A stretch of DNA of 64,000 bases from Klebsormidium nitens. Taxonomy: Eukaryota > Plantae > Klebsormidiophyceae. Shown one piece after another: positions 61,080-64,000 of this stretch (position 1 is its first letter; each line of letters opens with the position of its first letter). Location: contig DF237113.1 of assembly GCA_000708835.1 (NCBI GenBank), positions 100,263 to 164,262 on the forward strand, written 5' to 3'. A program made the translations under genes and the position numbers. The notes under the pieces are model-generated. The model was not told the origin of the DNA. It saw only the letters and a program-made list of their open reading frames with translations, and did not search any database.

Positions 61080-64000
61080 ATGGACTCCAACTTACCAAGG
61101 AGCGCGTTCGTGTGGATCGCGGCACTTTCGCTGCTGGCGGGGCCGGCGGCAGCAACGTATTTTGGGAATGGCCCGCAGGCAACTCACTACGGCGACCTTG
61201 TGACTGGAGTGGGCCCATGTAAGAGGGGATTACACTTTTTGCAGCTTCCAGCCTTTTCTTGAGTTATTGATAGCCTGATCTAGTATGACCCATACGTGTG
61301 GAATGCTGAAACGTGAATCTCATCGATGCACCTAACGCAATGGTACTAAAGTGTAGCGTGTCCGATAGAAAGGCTAAACGAGAGAATGCAGCTTGGCTGG
61401 CCCTGCTGTAGAGTGAGATGAGTTCCATTGGTGAGCTGGAACATTATAGCTGCAGCAGGAATGCCAAGGTGTCGCCTTTATAGATGTACCTCGTCTCTTG
61501 ACACAGACTGCTTCAGTATCTTACAACCGAGTATTCACCTGGAATGACTCATATGACTGCCTGGATGCAGCAGTTGGTACAGCTTGCTTTCAAGCTAATC
61601 CTGCGCTTTCAGAATCTTCCTTCGCACTCGCTGCGCTGCTAATCGTCACATGCAGCTCACGAATCCTCACACACTTCTCTGTAGCGCATCACCAAGGCAC
61701 AAGTCCCCTCACTGAGCGACAGGAAGCCTCACCCCTTGCTCGGCTTACGTGATTTCCACGTCAGCTCATGATTGCCACGGCAGCTCACAAGGCACAGTAA
61801 CAAGCAAGTACACTGCCGCACACACACACGCACTGAGAAGTACACTGCCGCACAATCACTGCGTGCTTCAGACCCAGTTCACAAGGTAAAGAAGCAGCCT
61901 TTCCGCATCACAAGAAGTTGGACGTCCGAAATTTTGTCTCGGACCAATTTTGCCTGGCTGACTTCATCATTTAGAAAGAAAAGTCTGCATTTGACTTCTT
62001 TGTCATGAGGTGAAGCTATGTCGTGTTGTAACAATCGGAGACAAAAAAGTTAAGAAACATCGAAAAACTTCGGAAAGCAAGACTTTGACTTCTCTTAGAA
62101 TGGGTCTGGTGATTCTTTCTGCTACCCTCGAACAAGCCCAGGAGAATCGAAGTTAACTGATACGGTCAAAAATATTTGCAGTGGGTGCCTGTGAGTGGGG
62201 GGATCCCTTGAACAATCCCTTCTTCGGGTTCAACACCTTCGCTGGCAACCCCACGTTGAGGAACCAAGGGGGAGTGCTCAACGCCGGCTGTGGGCTCTGC
62301 TTCGACATCACGTGTGACGTCACCCGTGACACGGACGGGGACTGCCAGCCAGGTGCGCCCCTTCCCTCTCTTCTTTCGTGATGCCTTGCTTGGGAACTTG
62401 ACTTGATACAATACATCAGGACAAGAATTAAGACTGATCTGAAGATGAATATAAGACCGGCTCCGACTGAAAACTCCCCTCTATAGAACTGACCTGCAAC
62501 TGCAAGTCGGTGCTACCTGGAAAGTCCCCTTTTCCCTAATCGGCGCCGGAATTATTCCTTTCTTGATCTGGTACTGAAAAATGGTCTGAAACTGGGGTCT
62601 CGGGGTGCTGCGAGATCTGGAGACGGACCCCAAAACTCGTAGAGCTTCATCAAAGAAGCCAAAGAAGTTGTTTTTTGATCTCGCGTTCCTCCATTCTTTT
62701 CTCGGCAACCCTCGATTCCTTCGGACAGTGCGGCAAAACCGGCTGCATTTTTCTTCGACTTCAGTTTGCAGCAGTCTATGAGGTGCAATATACTTTGCTG
62801 AATCGTCATCTTGCTCTACTATCCAAACATATGTTCCGCAGTCGAAGTTTGAATACGCACTTGAACCTTTCCTTAAGACGCCGTAAACATGTTTGGCCTC
62901 CCTTTCCTATTCCGATGTTCTTCCCATTGGTTGCTTGACTGGTCATCGGACGCTTCAGATCTTCCCCACATCACCTTCTGTTGCCAGGTGTCACCCTCCG
63001 GGTGTATCTCGACAACGAGTGCCCCGCAGCCGAGTGCGCGCCCGACCACTTCGACCTCTCCTTTCCGGCCTGGAACCAGCTCTCCACGCACCCCGCCGCC
63101 GGAATCCTCCCCATCACAATAACCCCGTACGATCGCTTTGTTCTTCCATTTTCCAGTCCATTTAGTCATTGATTCTCCTGTTCCTCTTTCTCTTTCTCGT
63201 CTCGGTTCGCTACCTTTTCCCTGACATCCGTCCCCCTTTATCAAAGAGAAATAGAGCGCTTGTTGCGGGCCTGATGTTGTTAGAAAAACAACAATTCATT
63301 CGGGTACTTCAAAAATGTATGTGACTGAGTCTCGTTCAAATTCCCTCATCGGTATCTGTTTCGCTATTCTCCATTCAGATTTGAGTCCGTTTTTAGAGAG
63401 CGGTCACTGGCCTTCATCGATCCAAAAGCACTCGTCCAACTATTCGCGTTTTGATTGGCGTTCGGACTTAGGGTCCTTTTAAAGTTACTGCGCAGCCCTC
63501 TTCTTACGAAGGTTGCAAGCTGAGTCGATCTAATACGTGGAAGATGCATCAGCCTGCAGAACGCAGGAGGTTTCACCCAAGCTGCGCTTGCAGAAAGGGA
63601 TCCCTCACGAAGCCACAACCGGCTTCGAAATCCCAAGTCATACTGCCTCGTTAAGGAATCTAAAGCTCCTGTCCAGATAGGATGGCATACATACCTCACA
63701 TTCTCCATGTAACGATTGTTGCTTCTCGTGCAGTTGCGGGCAAGTCAATCGGGACGGCTCTCCCGTCTCGACGCCTCCCCCGACGACAGAACCCCCCCTG
63801 CCTACGACCCCCCCTCCTACGACTGAGCCTCCAGTTTCCACCACCCCCCCTCCTACGACTGAACCTCCAATCTCTACCACACCCCCTCCTACGACTGAGC
63901 CCCCGGTTTCTACGACCCCCCCTCCTACAACTCAGCCCCCTGTTTCAACCACTCCCCCTCCGACGACTGAGCCGCCGGTTTCCACTACCCCCCCTCCCCC
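61080..64000 (+). CDS. secreted expansin-like (EG45/RlpA double-psi beta-barrel) protein with a Pro/Thr-rich repeat stalk; 3' end beyond the window
   Basis: Exons 61080-61218 (signal peptide, ATHYG), 62182-62352 (GACEWG...GCGLCFDITC), 62988-about 63126 (DNECP...DHFDLS..AWNQL) and 63734 onward. These are hallmark expansin domain-1 motifs (ATxYG, GAC, CGxCF, HFDL). Confidence 0.85.
63762..64000 (+). repeat. coding 36-bp tandem repeat encoding (PPVSTTPPPTTE)n
   Basis: At least six 12-residue units are visible to the window end. Confidence 0.92.

Overview
Eukaryotic, intron-rich genomic DNA with GT-AG introns, CTGAC/CTAAC branch motifs and two N-gaps. Gene content and intron style point to a streptophyte green alga, Klebsormidium-like (inference). 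The ORF track mostly shows exon fragments, so genes were rebuilt by hand from splice signals and reading phase. Ten genes are supported, in order: the 3' part of a CCAR1/EMB1579(RSA1)-like EF-hand protein (+); an alpha/beta hydrolase (+); a double-AP2 protein with a long unrecognised C-terminal region (+); a His-rich, probably plastid membrane protein of unknown family (-); an At1g57770-type carotenoid isomerase-like oxidoreductase (-); a divergently oriented cytosolic alkaline/neutral invertase (+); an intronless PD-(D/E)XK NucS/RecB-like nuclease with a C-terminal membrane anchor (-); a tandem pair of unrecognised secreted beta-rich proteins (+, counted as one pair); a DUF1995-like plastid protein with a SAP-like tail (-); and an expansin-like DPBB protein with a Pro/Thr repeat stalk (+, truncated by the window end). 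Two non-autonomous DNA transposons with TIRs and TSDs each end under 30 bp upstream of a candidate start codon. The most notable observations are the tail-anchored intronless nuclease beside the novel secreted pair, and a recurring pattern in at least four genes where introns are built from decayed tandem copies of their own exon-intron junctions that keep AG/GT splice dinucleotides.
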